A stretch of DNA of 64,000 nucleotides, taken from NCBI GenBank assembly GCA_029260825.1, contig JAJDCM010000102.1, positions 3,447-67,446 of the forward strand, written 5' to 3'. A model generated the notes under the pieces. It had not been told where the DNA came from, did not search any database, and saw nothing but the letters and a program-made list of their open reading frames with translations. Position 1 is the stretch's first letter; each line of letters opens with the position of its first letter. Of the stretch, positions 1 to 10,271 are shown one piece after another. Origin of the DNA: Planctomycetota bacterium (GTDB lineage Bacteria > Planctomycetota > JACOTG01 > JAJDCM01). Both the position numbers and the translations under genes were made by a program.

Positions 1-17
1 GCACGGTCCGACGGTTC

Positions 18-3000
18 ATGGCGGTGATCAAAGTGGCGGACATGCTCCATCACTTCACCCAGTCCGACTTCGAAGGGAAAGACGGAAAACAGGGCCAACA
101 CGTCCATACCCGAAGCTATCCGGAAAGGATCATGGATCCGGACCAGGCAGGTGTCCCCATCGTCGGCGACGGGACCCGCTTTACCGTTCCCGGAGGAATC
201 ACCGACATCGTTTTCGATCGCCAGCGGGGAATTGCCTACTTCATTGACAACATTACGGACAATCTCTACGCCGTCCTTTATGGTCGCGGCGATCTGCAGC
301 CAAAGCCCATCGCCCAGCTTCCATTCCCCTACGAACGGGGCTCAACGAACAACTTCATCGAAATCGATCCTCGTTCGGTATTCGGGGACATGGGCCGGCT
401 CTACATCGGCCGCAAGAAACGAAACCAGATTCTTGTCTATGACCTGAATGGATCCGTTCCCGCTGGAGAGCCCGTTCCATTGCGTCGACCGTCCATCGAT
501 CTTGAGGGCGCACCCACCACGGACATCACCGGAGGAATCGGTACTCCGGCCCCACTTCTTGGCCTCGTTCCATTTCCTGCCGGCCAGGGGTTCTTCATCG
601 CTGCCGAACGGAATAACCAATCCATCGTCCGCTTCGTCTATCCCCGGGTCGACGCTCGCGCAAGACCGGAAGAAGACGACCCGAGCACGCCCGAGGATGA
701 CCGCTTCGATGGAGAAGACGATGACCTGGACGGAGTCGTCGACGATCGTCCCACTCACCCTTCGGGTCGGCCCGAAGGCAATGTCCGGGATCTGGTCGAC
801 AACGACGGAGACGGGATGGCGGACGATAGTGCCGCTGGAGGGCTGACCGCCCCGGTCCCCCTCCTTCCACCGGAAAGCTTTCCTCTTGGGGTGTTCCCGA
901 CCGCCTGGGCCTTTGATCCGATCCTGAACCAGTTCATCGTTACGAGTGGATACCACTTGACGCGGCTACGCAGTGTTGGCCTGGAGGCCGCGACTCCATC
1001 GGGAATGGCTGCCGACAGCATCAGGCGCGTCATCACTCAGTTTCTCACGCCTACGGAGCGAGTCGTCAGGCTGGCCGTTCATCCAGGTACTTCCATCTAC
1101 TGCTTGACGCGAGACACCGCCACCCAGAAGAGTAAGCTCCTGAAGTTCCAGGCGGAAAAGATCGTGATTCAGGACATTTTTCGACTCCCCGTCAACGGTG
1201 AAGGTCTCGAGTTCGATCCGATTAACAGACTGATCTTCGTGACCGGCAAAGGACCGGGTTCCGAACCCAATCGGCTCGTCGTCGTTCGTGACCGGGGCTC
1301 GATGCTCGAGCAGGTCCTCGTGAAACCGGGAGTCCAGTACAACCGGTCGGAGATCCTCGCCGATCCTCAACGAGGGCTGATCCTCACCGCATCAAGAACG
1401 ACGGGACACATCTTACTGGCTCCCTTCCGCTCCTTCCCCCATAGCGAGAAGAACAAGAATCTCGATAATGGAGGCCAGATCAAGCTGGCACCCGTGTCGA
1501 GTCAGGATTCCCCCTTGCGGGAGCGCCAGTTCATGCTGAAGGCGGACTTCGACAACGACATCCATCTGAGGCGTCCGTCCCTGACAAACACTCGAGTCGA
1601 TGCAAATCCCGCGACCCCAACCCAGCGAGTCCAGGGACAGATCATCCGGGTTACCGGCCGGGACGAACAGGTCGACATTCCGGACTCGGTGTTTTCCACG
1701 ACAAACGATCCCCCGAGACTACTCCCGGATGGATTCTTTTCATTCACCAACACTCGATCCAATGAGCCTGCCGTGGAGGCCATCCGATACAAGGCGCGAG
1801 ACATTTACGGCTCAGGTGCCATCATTTCGAACTCTCCGCACCGGGGACTTCGAACGGGAGGAGTGAGTTTCTGGATCAAGTTTGATGGTCTCGGAACTCT
1901 TCCCGGTGGAGACCTCGCCATTGACCCGACGAGTCCGCCCAACACGGTTGACCTCTTTCGAATGTTCTTCAAGGCGCGCATCGATCCCTACGTCTTCCTC
2001 CAGATGGAAGATGACAAGACCGTGGAAGAAGAGCTGGAAAGAGTCATGGGCCTCCAGCCGGGAACGGTTGACCGTGGTTCCATTCGATTCAGGCCACCCC
2101 TTCCAAGGTACTACGTGGAGTCAAGAATCAGTCTCCGGCAGTTCAAGGATACAAACGGAAACGGTGACATCGATACGGTGCGGGTCCGGTGTACAAATCA
2201 TATGGACCTGGCATTTGGCTCCCTCGGTGTGTCGTATCGCCGGGCCGATAACCCGGCCGTGATCGTGAACGACATCTTCGACCCCATTTCCCAGAATCTG
2301 GACATCAGCTACCTTCCCAGCCGGCCCGACAATCTCCTTGGATTCCGCGAGAAGCCTCCCCGAAGAGTTCATCTCGCCGACGGAGGGGAATGGGTTCATT
2401 TTGCCACCCTTTGGGGCTCGGGGCTCGAAGCAAGCTCGGGGAAAGAGAAGGTCCACGCCCGGTTCTATCTCAACGGGAAACGGATGCCGCACGAGGGTCT
2501 GAACATCCCCATCGATCCGGCCGCTCATCCGGAAAGAGACGACCCGTTGACCGCCGCCACGGAGCCAACCGATGGGGTCGATTCCGATCGAGACGGAGCG
2601 GTTGATGACCTGGGAGGTATCTACGGCGAGCCCGAGCCCGATCACACCAGGAGGAATCTCGTCGATGATGACGGAGATGGAGTCGTCGACGACGGATACA
2701 CCTTCAGTCCACCTTTTGTCATGATTGGCGCGGTGCTCAATGACTCGACCCCTCCTGCGATGAACATGAGGGTCATCGTCGATGATCTCGTATTCTTCCC
2801 CAATGAAAACGCATTCATTCCACCCGATCCCAACCGGATCGATCCTGTCGATAATTTCATTCCTCGCCGATTCCTGAGTCGAGGTGAGACCCCCGATTTC
2901 GATTTCGACGGTTCTTCCGATGAAGGTGAACCCTTCAACGACATCAACGGCAACGGAAAATACGACCAGGTCGCCCGAAGCTTCTTCGACCGGAACGGGA

Positions 3001-3881
3001 ACGGAGTTCACGATCAGGGCGAACCCTACCAGGGAATGTATCCGTATGACTTTGGAGATTCGGTTCCCGGTGAACCCTACTACGATCACGACGGAGATGG
3101 CAACTGGGGCGGCACGGACTCGGATCTAGATCTGGGCCACGACTTTGAGAGCAGCGGGAGCCTTGGCAGCGAGATCGGAATCGGAATTGGTGGCTTCAGC
3201 TCCGACTACTACGAAGACCGAAACGGCAACGCCATCCGCGATGACGGCGAGTTCTACTGGGATCTCAATTCGAACACCAGCCCCGGTCGAGATCCTCCCG
3301 AACCCTTCAACGACAACAACTTCAGCGGCACCCTCGACGGAGGCGGCAAGTTCATCCGGGAATTTGATCAGACCCTCAACCCGGGAGACCGGGTGGCCTG
3401 GCTTGCCTTTGACGGCGTTATTCCCGAGGGCACCAATCTTAATCCCGAACTCGTACTGAAATCACTCTCGGGCAGGACCCTGAATCACTTCTACGGTGAT
3501 CGCAAGGCTCGAAACGCCCGGCGAGTTGGTTTTACGATCCAAGAGCCCTCAACCCTCGAGTACCGGATCAACTTCATGGTCCCCCGGGATGGAGGGATCT
3601 ACGAGCCCTTCAGAGCGGGAGATGGAGTCGCCGGAACCCGAGCAGAAGGAGACGATATTCAGATCGTCCCCGTTGGGGACATCGTCAAGAATGGCGACCG
3701 CATCGTAGGACCTGGTATCAACGGACTCATCGATTCCACCCCGGCCGGTGGTGATCGATTCGTCATGCCCTTCCAGTCTCCGATTCTGGAATCTGTCACC
3801 GTGGCCGTGATCATCAAGCCCCAGATCCTCTTCCTCGAGGAAAACATCATCAACGTCCCGGACGTAGCACAAGTGCAGTAA
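18..3881 (+). CDS. Giant Asp-rich calcium-binding-repeat protein (thrombospondin-type-3-like DxDxDGxxDD loops); possibly 5'-truncated by the window edge
   Basis: 1287-aa ORF whose frame is open back to nt 1. It has repeated motifs DDDLDGVVDD, DNDGDGMADD, DDDGDGVVDD, DSDRDGAVDD, NGNGKYDQ and NGNGVHDQ, and the same motif class recurs in the downstream pseudopilin. No prepilin leader is visible in the available N-terminus. Confidence 0.6.
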   Translation: MAVIKVADMLHHFTQSDFEGKDGKQGQHVHTRSYPERIMDPDQAGVPIVGDGTRFTVPGGITDIVFDRQRGIAYFIDNITDNLYAVLYGRGDLQPKPIAQLPFPYERGSTNNFIEIDPRSVFGDMGRLYIGRKKRNQILVYDLNGSVPAGEPVPLRRPSIDLEGAPTTDITGGIGTPAPLLGLVPFPAGQGFFIAAERNNQSIVRFVYPRVDARARPEEDDPSTPEDDRFDGEDDDLDGVVDDRPTHPSGRPEGNVRDLVDNDGDGMADDSAAGGLTAPVPLLPPESFPLGVFPTAWAFDPILNQFIVTSGYHLTRLRSVGLEAATPSGMAADSIRRVITQFLTPTERVVRLAVHPGTSIYCLTRDTATQKSKLLKFQAEKIVIQDIFRLPVNGEGLEFDPINRLIFVTGKGPGSEPNRLVVVRDRGSMLEQVLVKPGVQYNRSEILADPQRGLILTASRTTGHILLAPFRSFPHSEKNKNLDNGGQIKLAPVSSQDSPLRERQFMLKADFDNDIHLRRPSLTNTRVDANPATPTQRVQGQIIRVTGRDEQVDIPDSVFSTTNDPPRLLPDGFFSFTNTRSNEPAVEAIRYKARDIYGSGAIISNSPHRGLRTGGVSFWIKFDGLGTLPGGDLAIDPTSPPNTVDLFRMFFKARIDPYVFLQMEDDKTVEEELERVMGLQPGTVDRGSIRFRPPLPRYYVESRISLRQFKDTNGNGDIDTVRVRCTNHMDLAFGSLGVSYRRADNPAVIVNDIFDPISQNLDISYLPSRPDNLLGFREKPPRRVHLADGGEWVHFATLWGSGLEASSGKEKVHARFYLNGKRMPHEGLNIPIDPAAHPERDDPLTAATEPTDGVDSDRDGAVDDLGGIYGEPEPDHTRRNLVDDDGDGVVDDGYTFSPPFVMIGAVLNDSTPPAMNMRVIVDDLVFFPNENAFIPPDPNRIDPVDNFIPRRFLSRGETPDFDFDGSSDEGEPFNDINGNGKYDQVARSFFDRNGNGVHDQGEPYQGMYPYDFGDSVPGEPYYDHDGDGNWGGTDSDLDLGHDFESSGSLGSEIGIGIGGFSSDYYEDRNGNAIRDDGEFYWDLNSNTSPGRDPPEPFNDNNFSGTLDGGGKFIREFDQTLNPGDRVAWLAFDGVIPEGTNLNPELVLKSLSGRTLNHFYGDRKARNARRVGFTIQEPSTLEYRINFMVPRDGGIYEPFRAGDGVAGTRAEGDDIQIVPVGDIVKNGDRIVGPGINGLIDSTPAGGDRFVMPFQSPILESVTVAVIIKPQILFLEENIINVPDVAQVQ

Positions 3882-3945
3882 CATCCCGCTTCTGACCCGG
3901 ATTTCTAACTTTTGGGAGTGCGGAAGAGGGGCAGGAGAGACAACA

Positions 3946-5466
3946 TTGTACAGGCATCAGGCTTCCAGGCTAGCCATGCCACACCCAACACGAAACAAAG
4001 TAGCGCACGTGGAAAAGAACCCGCCCCAACACGACGGATGTGAGGGGTTTACCCTCATCGAAGTTCTCATTGCTACAGCTCTCTTGAGCCTGCTCTTTCT
4101 GGGGATCGCTCCTTTCTTTGCGGCTCGTTTCAGTGCAAGTCAGAGAGTTGTGGAGGATTCCCTTCCCCCGATCATCGGAAGGAGCATCGCCGACGCCATC
4201 CTCGTTGGTGCAGAAGAGCACTTCGACCCGGTCCACAACATTTTCTATTTTGATTACGAGGGGATCCGGATCGAAATCGATCTCCCGAGTCCCTATGAGG
4301 TTCGTGAGTACCCCGGAATTGTCTTGCGGGACACACGGGACGGCATCGTGAACAGCAGCATCGACCCCGCCGACCTCACCACGGTTACTCCTGGCGGATA
4401 TGCTCTTTCCCACGGGATCATCGCTCGCCCGGGGGCCAATCGGATCTTCGATCCGGGGACGATTCCTGCAGGAGATGACAAGATCCTTCGACTCGGGCTC
4501 TACCCTCTCGGACCCGTCGCCGTGATTGCTCTTCCGACCGTGGTGGATCCAAACGCTGGCCCCAACGACCCGGTTCCGCTTCCAGTCTTTGTGGAAGCCG
4601 TCGGGCTCCCCATCCACGAGACGGATCTCAACGACGACGGAGTTTTTTCCCGGCTTGAGAACTTGAATCGAAGCACTCTTATATCCCGAGGAGCCCTCAC
4701 TCAATCTCGTGACGCCTACGAAGACACCGGACCGGACAACCTTCCCAGCTATCTTGAGCCTTTGTACGATCCGATCTTGAACCCGGACCCGTCCGGTGAT
4801 GACTTTGATCCGGTCTTGAATCCGAGCGGTCCGGAGGGAAACGGTCGGCTCGATCGGAGGGAGGATATGAACGGTGACCGATACCTCAGCATCATGGACT
4901 TCCATATTGACGAAGACCTCAACGTAGACGGGGTCCTGAACCCCAACGAAAGAGACATCAACGGGAACAATCTGACGTCCGACCGAGGCGTCCCTACACC
5001 GGATCGTCCCCCCACCGCAGTCTCCTACATTCCGAACGATCCGAATTCACCTGATCTTCCTCCCCCGGCCTATCCCCGGGAGAGCGACCCGGTACGATCC
5101 CTCGGCTATGCCATCGTCGTCCAGCGACCCAGCGATGAGGAGATCTACCTCTTTCGAATTCTGATCTACAAGAACTACCTCCGAACTCGCTCCCTCCTTG
5201 CTCAAGCCACGCCGATTCGACGGGAACTCGTAGCAAAACCCGAGACCGGACAGCGAGCAACCAACATGATCGATGACGATAAGGACGGGGTCGTCAACGA
5301 CGATCCAAATGATCCCTTCGGCTCCCCGGAAATCACCCTGGACGGAATCGACAACGACGGCGACGGGGTCATCGACGACGGCCTCATTCTTCCCGCGTAC
5401 ATTCACACCTTGGTGCTGACGATTGATTCTGGAACCACGATCTCCCTACCGGGAGACCCGAGATGA
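3946..5466 (+). CDS. Giant prepilin-type (pseudopilin-like) protein with class III signal peptide and Ca-binding Asp-rich loops
   Basis: Has a G|FTLIEVLIATALLSLLFLGIAP prepilin cleavage/methylation motif with Glu at +5, and C-terminal DDDKDGVVNDD and DNDGDGVIDDG loops. The ORF-track start at 3946 is a TTG preceded by GGAG; an alternative ATG lies at 3976. At 506 aa it is 3-4x the size of normal pilins. Confidence 0.7.
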   Translation: MYRHQASRLAMPHPTRNKVAHVEKNPPQHDGCEGFTLIEVLIATALLSLLFLGIAPFFAARFSASQRVVEDSLPPIIGRSIADAILVGAEEHFDPVHNIFYFDYEGIRIEIDLPSPYEVREYPGIVLRDTRDGIVNSSIDPADLTTVTPGGYALSHGIIARPGANRIFDPGTIPAGDDKILRLGLYPLGPVAVIALPTVVDPNAGPNDPVPLPVFVEAVGLPIHETDLNDDGVFSRLENLNRSTLISRGALTQSRDAYEDTGPDNLPSYLEPLYDPILNPDPSGDDFDPVLNPSGPEGNGRLDRREDMNGDRYLSIMDFHIDEDLNVDGVLNPNERDINGNNLTSDRGVPTPDRPPTAVSYIPNDPNSPDLPPPAYPRESDPVRSLGYAIVVQRPSDEEIYLFRILIYKNYLRTRSLLAQATPIRRELVAKPETGQRATNMIDDDKDGVVNDDPNDPFGSPEITLDGIDNDGDGVIDDGLILPAYIHTLVLTIDSGTTISLPGDPR

Positions 5467-7163
5467 AAACCCAGTCCGGATTCACGCTGGTGGAGATGTT
5501 GGTGGCTCTTGCGATCACCGTGGTCCTCACCACCGGATCGCTCTTTACCTTGCGAGCCCTGCGCCGGACAGATGAGAGCTTTAACACCCTCTCCGATGTA
5601 CACATCTCTCTTGTCAGGATCGAGCAGGCGATTCGGGATGATCTCAGTCGTTCCGAAAAGACGATCAGCCTGGAACCTCACCGAGAGATTCGAGGGATCG
5701 TCGCAGCAATCGTGGATGCTCAAGTGAGCCCTCCTGTTACGGTAGAACGAGAAAAGAGGGTGTCTGAATCCTTGGATGGCATCTTCAATCGACGGTGTGA
5801 CATTTTCACCGCCATTGACGACATCAATACCCGCCCGCTCATTGCCAGGTCTGTCTTCCTGGGAACTCCCTACTTGAGGGACAGACCAAGCAACGAATCC
5901 CGGGGACTCCCCCTACCCAACGCACGGACCCCCTTCAGTGATCCGGTGGTCGAGGGTGTAAACCAACCCTTTGGACCGGTCTACGATTTCTTTGGCGGGA
6001 TTCTCAACAACGGGTTTCGAGATGTCTTGTACTTTCAAACGAGTGAGGAAACCGCCAACGGAACCCAGCGAGTCGCCGTTGCTTTCCGTCTCGTCGAGAC
6101 GTCGAACCGATTCAATGGCGATCGGGGAACGGACGGCCTCGAAAACGAATTTGAGCCCGGGTTCCATCCGGTCTACCGGCGCGACCCTTCCCGGGACGAT
6201 CACCCCAACCCCACACGAAATATCGTGGAGGGGGACGGGCGTTTGACAGGATTCGAGGGCCAGACGGGAGGGTTTCTGGACAGACAGCCCTCTCGCTATG
6301 AACTGCAGCGGGTCATCTATTCGATGGACTCCGGTCCTCAGTTCGCACTTCCCAGACCCAGGGTCCTGGCGTCCCCCATCAGCCAGGACGTGGTCGGGTT
6401 CAACGTCCTCTACTATGATCGAATTGAAAAGCGATATCGTGAGCCGGAAAGGCTGGTGAAACGGTTTGGTTACCCGGAAGACTTCGGTGCTCCCGTGGTT
6501 GCCATCGGGCGAAAAAGGTTCCAGATGGTGGAACACACCCGTCAATCCGAAGACCTGGTCGTCGGAGACTCGATCTTCCTGTATCAGCTGAACCTTGACT
6601 GGGAGCCGACCGACGACCCGACCCTGATTTATTCCGTACCTCCACAGATCTACACGATTCAATCCGTGGGCGCTCCTGCCAACGGGGGCGGGGTTCGGTT
6701 CTCCGTTGCCGAGAGCATCTTTGCCAACCTCTCCGATCCCGCGGCCTCGGTCGGCGGGATGGGTTCAGTGGGTTATCTGGATCCTGAGGGAATACTCCGC
6801 AGCAGGGCCGTCTATGACGGGTTTCACAACCTCAAACCCAATGATGAAATCTACCTGGAACAACGTAGACTTCCGCTTGCCCACGAGGTTCAGCTTGCCG
6901 ATGCGTTTGATCCGACACTCCCGACCAGGCCATACGTCTACTCGATCCAGCCGGGGATGTACCGAATCCAGGCGCACCGGGGGGAAGGCATAAAAATTGA
7001 TCTGAAAGGACAGATTCCCCTTTCGGGAGTACCCGTACTCTTTCGAGCAGCTTATTTCCCTCCAGCCATCAAGTTAGAGCTCTCAATCGGTCGACATAAC
7101 CCTATTCAAAACACTGTGATCATGCGCAATGTTCCGATCGTCATCCGCATGCCTCAGGAGTAA
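5463..7163 (+). CDS. Giant prepilin-type (pseudopilin-like) protein
   Basis: Begins MKTQSG|FTLVEMLVALAITVVLTTGSL, a short leader followed by a canonical N-methyl-Phe/E5 pilin helix. Its ATG overlaps the upstream stop in an ATGA arrangement. Length is 566 aa. Confidence 0.75.
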   Translation: MKTQSGFTLVEMLVALAITVVLTTGSLFTLRALRRTDESFNTLSDVHISLVRIEQAIRDDLSRSEKTISLEPHREIRGIVAAIVDAQVSPPVTVEREKRVSESLDGIFNRRCDIFTAIDDINTRPLIARSVFLGTPYLRDRPSNESRGLPLPNARTPFSDPVVEGVNQPFGPVYDFFGGILNNGFRDVLYFQTSEETANGTQRVAVAFRLVETSNRFNGDRGTDGLENEFEPGFHPVYRRDPSRDDHPNPTRNIVEGDGRLTGFEGQTGGFLDRQPSRYELQRVIYSMDSGPQFALPRPRVLASPISQDVVGFNVLYYDRIEKRYREPERLVKRFGYPEDFGAPVVAIGRKRFQMVEHTRQSEDLVVGDSIFLYQLNLDWEPTDDPTLIYSVPPQIYTIQSVGAPANGGGVRFSVAESIFANLSDPAASVGGMGSVGYLDPEGILRSRAVYDGFHNLKPNDEIYLEQRRLPLAHEVQLADAFDPTLPTRPYVYSIQPGMYRIQAHRGEGIKIDLKGQIPLSGVPVLFRAAYFPPAIKLELSIGRHNPIQNTVIMRNVPIVIRMPQE

Positions 7164-7165
7164 GG

Positions 7166-8878
7166 ATGAGACAAAATCCGCTGGTTATGAGGATGGTGCA
7201 ATCCGGTCTCATCGACGAATCCGCCGCCGACCAGCTCATGGCCTTTGTCGCTGAGAGGGGTCTGCGGGTTCCGGAGGCAGCACGCCGCCTCGAACTAACC
7301 TCACCACAAAGCCTCAGTCAGTTTTTGGCCGACGATTCGGGCCTGATGTACGTGAACCTGAGAGAGATGGATGTTCCCGCCAACATCTTCTTCAGCTTCC
7401 CCGATGCTCTCATGGAAGAGTACGGCATGATTCCCATCAGCTTCGAAGAAGAAGCCAAGACCATCGGCATTTTTGACCCGACCAACATCGATGCTCTCGA
7501 TGCTGCCCGATTCAATCTTTCCGGCGAAATCACTTTCGTTTGCTGCGAAGCAGATGCCATCGAAGAGCTCAAGCTGAAGCATCTTGGCGATGATGCAGCA
7601 CCCGGAGGCTCGCCCGAGAACGCTGGCATTACGGTCACCGTGACCCAAAGATACGAGGATGACGGACAATCCGGTGAAGAGGAGGTCGTTCGCTACGTTG
7701 ACGAGATCCTCGGAAAAGCCATTGTCAACAAGGCGAGTGACATCCACTTTGAACCCCTGGGAGACGGACTCCGGATTCGCTTCCGAATCGACGGAGTCTG
7801 CTACGATCGGGATTATCTCAGTGAAAACCGGCAGGGTCCGGTCATCGCACGACTGAAGATTCTTGCCGGGATGGACATCACCGAGCGCCGCACACCCCAG
7901 GAAGGCCGAATTGAAGCCAAAGCAGAGGGACGCGAGATTGACATCCGGGTCTCATCCCTTCCCACGAACCATGGGGAGAGCATGGTGCTCCGGCTTCTCG
8001 ACCGTTCCAATCTGGTCAAGGGAATCAAAGACCTTGGCTTTGGACAGGGTGACTATGATCTCTTCATGGAGATCGTCGAACGCCCGGACGGCATCGTACT
8101 GGTGACCGGTCCTACCGGCTCGGGCAAGACCACCACACTCTATTCCGCTCTTCGAGAAACGAAGAAGGAATCCATGAAGACGGTGACGGTCGAGGATCCT
8201 GTCGAGTTCACGTTCGATGGGATCACCCAGATTCCGATCCAGGGGGGCATCGGATTGGATTTCCCCCGGGCACTCCGCAGCATTCTTCGACACGACCCGG
8301 ACGTGATACTCGTCGGTGAGATTCGCGACCTCGAGACCTCCGAAACGGCCATGCGAGCCGCTCTAACCGGTCACAAGGTCTATAGCACCTTGCATACGAA
8401 TGATGCTCCATCTGCCATCTCTCGACTTCTCGATCTCGGCGCCGAGCCGTTCCTGGTCGTGGCTTCCGTTCAAGCGTGTATGTCCCAGCGACTGGTTCGC
8501 CGTCTCTGTGATCACTGCAAGGAAGAGGATCACGTGACCCACGAAGAGCTTCTTCACAACGGTTTTCCCGTCACCAACAAAGCCATCCAGCTCTTCAAAC
8601 CCGTGGGATGTCACCGCTGTTTCATGACCGGATACGTGGGCCGAATCGCCATTTTTGAGATCATGGACTACTCGGACAAACTGAAGGCAATGACCTTGCA
8701 AAGATGTAGCCGGGAGGAAACCCGCCGCATCGCCATCCGCGAGGGAATGCACTCCCTTCGGATGGATGGTTTCTTGAAGGCAACAGAAGGCGTGACTTCC
8801 CTCGCCGAAGTCATGCGCGTGGCTCAGAAGGAAGAGACGGACACGGATCCGAGAGAGGCACCAGCTCATGTGTCCTGA
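7166..8878 (+). CDS. gspE: GspE/PilB-family secretion ATPase with N-terminal GspE_N (N1) domain
   Basis: Has Walker A VTGPTGSGKTTTLYSAL, Walker B/Asp box ILVGEIRD, a His box, and a tetracysteine motif CDHC...CHRC. An AGGAG lies 6 nt upstream of the ATG. Length is 570 aa. Confidence 0.9.
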   Translation: MRQNPLVMRMVQSGLIDESAADQLMAFVAERGLRVPEAARRLELTSPQSLSQFLADDSGLMYVNLREMDVPANIFFSFPDALMEEYGMIPISFEEEAKTIGIFDPTNIDALDAARFNLSGEITFVCCEADAIEELKLKHLGDDAAPGGSPENAGITVTVTQRYEDDGQSGEEEVVRYVDEILGKAIVNKASDIHFEPLGDGLRIRFRIDGVCYDRDYLSENRQGPVIARLKILAGMDITERRTPQEGRIEAKAEGREIDIRVSSLPTNHGESMVLRLLDRSNLVKGIKDLGFGQGDYDLFMEIVERPDGIVLVTGPTGSGKTTTLYSALRETKKESMKTVTVEDPVEFTFDGITQIPIQGGIGLDFPRALRSILRHDPDVILVGEIRDLETSETAMRAALTGHKVYSTLHTNDAPSAISRLLDLGAEPFLVVASVQACMSQRLVRRLCDHCKEEDHVTHEELLHNGFPVTNKAIQLFKPVGCHRCFMTGYVGRIAIFEIMDYSDKLKAMTLQRCSREETRRIAIREGMHSLRMDGFLKATEGVTSLAEVMRVAQKEETDTDPREAPAHVS

Positions 8879-10226
8879 CGACTATTTTGACCAGGGATTT
8901 CAACTGGACGGCGGAGAGAACGCGCAAAAGCCTGAAGAAAAAGATCCCAATCTCGACCGGGCCGGGTTCTTTGATGGAGGTGGCGCCGCCGATGCAGGTG
9001 CAGGAACCGATATCACGGTTCGTGCCCAGCAGCCCGAAACCACTCGCCTCTTGAACTATCTCCTCGGTCAAGCCATCGAACTCGAGGCGAGTGATGTCCA
9101 CATTCAACCCGACTCGGACGGGTATCTGGTTCGGTTCAGAATCGACGGTGTCCTCGGCGATTTCCAGCGCCCGCCCAAAGGGATGGGCCCGGTCCTTATT
9201 GCTCGAATCAAAGTTCTCTCGGACATGAACATTGCTGAAAGACGTCTTCCCCAAGATGGACGCCTCGAACTCCATCACCAGGGAAAAGACGTGGAGATTC
9301 GTGTTTCGATCATTCCTGCCGTATTCGGCGAAAGCGCTGTTCTTCGTATTCTCTCGACCGGCATTGCCGAACACAAACTGGAACACCTTGGGCTCACCCC
9401 GAAGTCGGCGCAACAATTCCACGACCTCTTTCGGTCTCCCCATGGAATGATCCTGGTAACCGGGCCCACTGGTTCGGGAAAAACCACAACTCTCTACGCG
9501 GCCATCAACGACCTCAATCAGATGAACCGCAAGATCATCACCACCGAGGAACCGGTCGAATACGACATCAAGGGAATCATCCAGGTGGAGATCAATCCCA
9601 TCGTGGGCTTGACCTTTGCTACGAGCCTTCGATCGATTCTGCGCCAGGATCCAGACATCATCCTGATTGGAGAAATCCGGGATCCGGAAACGGCACGCAT
9701 CGCGATTCAGGCGGGTCTCACCGGACACCTTGTTTTCGGAACAGTTCACACCCGAGATGCCTCATCCGCCATTCCTCGACTGGTGAACATGGGTATTGAA
9801 CCTTATCTTGTAGCGGATACGATCCTCGGAGTGATTGCCCAGCGCCTGGTTCGCAAGCTCTGTACGAAGTGTAAGGAACCCACAACCCCTTCCGTGTACG
9901 AGGCAAAAATCCTTGAAAGCGCGGGCATCGAAGACACCTCCACCCTCTGCCGAGGAAAAGGGTGCGAGGCGTGCGGTGGACACGGGTATCGCGGAAGACA
10001 GGCTATTTTCGAGCTGATGATTTGCGACGGAGAAATCCGCGATTTGATTCATAACAATAGCTCCCCGATTACTCTACGGAACGCAGCTAGAGCAGCCGGG
10101 ACAAGATCCCTTCGCGAAGAAGGGATCGCCATGGCTTTGCGTGGCGAAACGACCCTCGATGAAATTCTTCGGATCACGATTGACGAGCGAATGGACCCGG
10201 CGGCACTCGCCGAAGCGGGGGACTAG
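8868..10226 (+). CDS. Second GspE/PilB-type ATPase lacking the long N1 domain
   Basis: Has VTGPTGSGKTTTLYAAI, ILIGEIRDPETA, and a tetracysteine CTKC...CEACGGHG. The zinc motif argues for a PilB/GspE type rather than a PilT retraction ATPase. It overlaps the upstream gene by 11 nt. Confidence 0.85.
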   Translation: MCPDDYFDQGFQLDGGENAQKPEEKDPNLDRAGFFDGGGAADAGAGTDITVRAQQPETTRLLNYLLGQAIELEASDVHIQPDSDGYLVRFRIDGVLGDFQRPPKGMGPVLIARIKVLSDMNIAERRLPQDGRLELHHQGKDVEIRVSIIPAVFGESAVLRILSTGIAEHKLEHLGLTPKSAQQFHDLFRSPHGMILVTGPTGSGKTTTLYAAINDLNQMNRKIITTEEPVEYDIKGIIQVEINPIVGLTFATSLRSILRQDPDIILIGEIRDPETARIAIQAGLTGHLVFGTVHTRDASSAIPRLVNMGIEPYLVADTILGVIAQRLVRKLCTKCKEPTTPSVYEAKILESAGIEDTSTLCRGKGCEACGGHGYRGRQAIFELMICDGEIRDLIHNNSSPITLRNAARAAGTRSLREEGIAMALRGETTLDEILRITIDERMDPAALAEAGD

Positions 10227-10271
10227 ATCACTAGCGCCGCATCGCGGCTATTTCAGGCGGTAACTTCACGC

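Noticed and set aside
342-956. Long antisense or alternative-frame ORFs inside the large genes. Examples: 342-956(-), 2121-3089(-), 3970-4905(-), 5913-6662(-), 8811-9749(-), 20688-21605(+), 22467-23135(+), 40287-41045(-), 43200-43970(+), 46866-47669(+), 51360-52655(+), 53385-55097(+), 59120-60751(+), 62847-63923(-).
   Set aside because: High GC content suppresses stop codons on all frames. These ORFs have no recognisable motifs, show low-complexity Arg/Pro/Ser-rich translations, and are fully embedded in well-supported genes on the other strand or frame.
18-3881. Asp-rich repeats as an RTX toxin-type nonapeptide (GGxGxDxUx) or a T1SS substrate.
   Set aside because: The repeats are DxDxDGxxDD-type (TSP3 or EF-hand-like loops), not Gly-rich RTX nonapeptides. 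No T1SS ABC/MFP genes are in the window.
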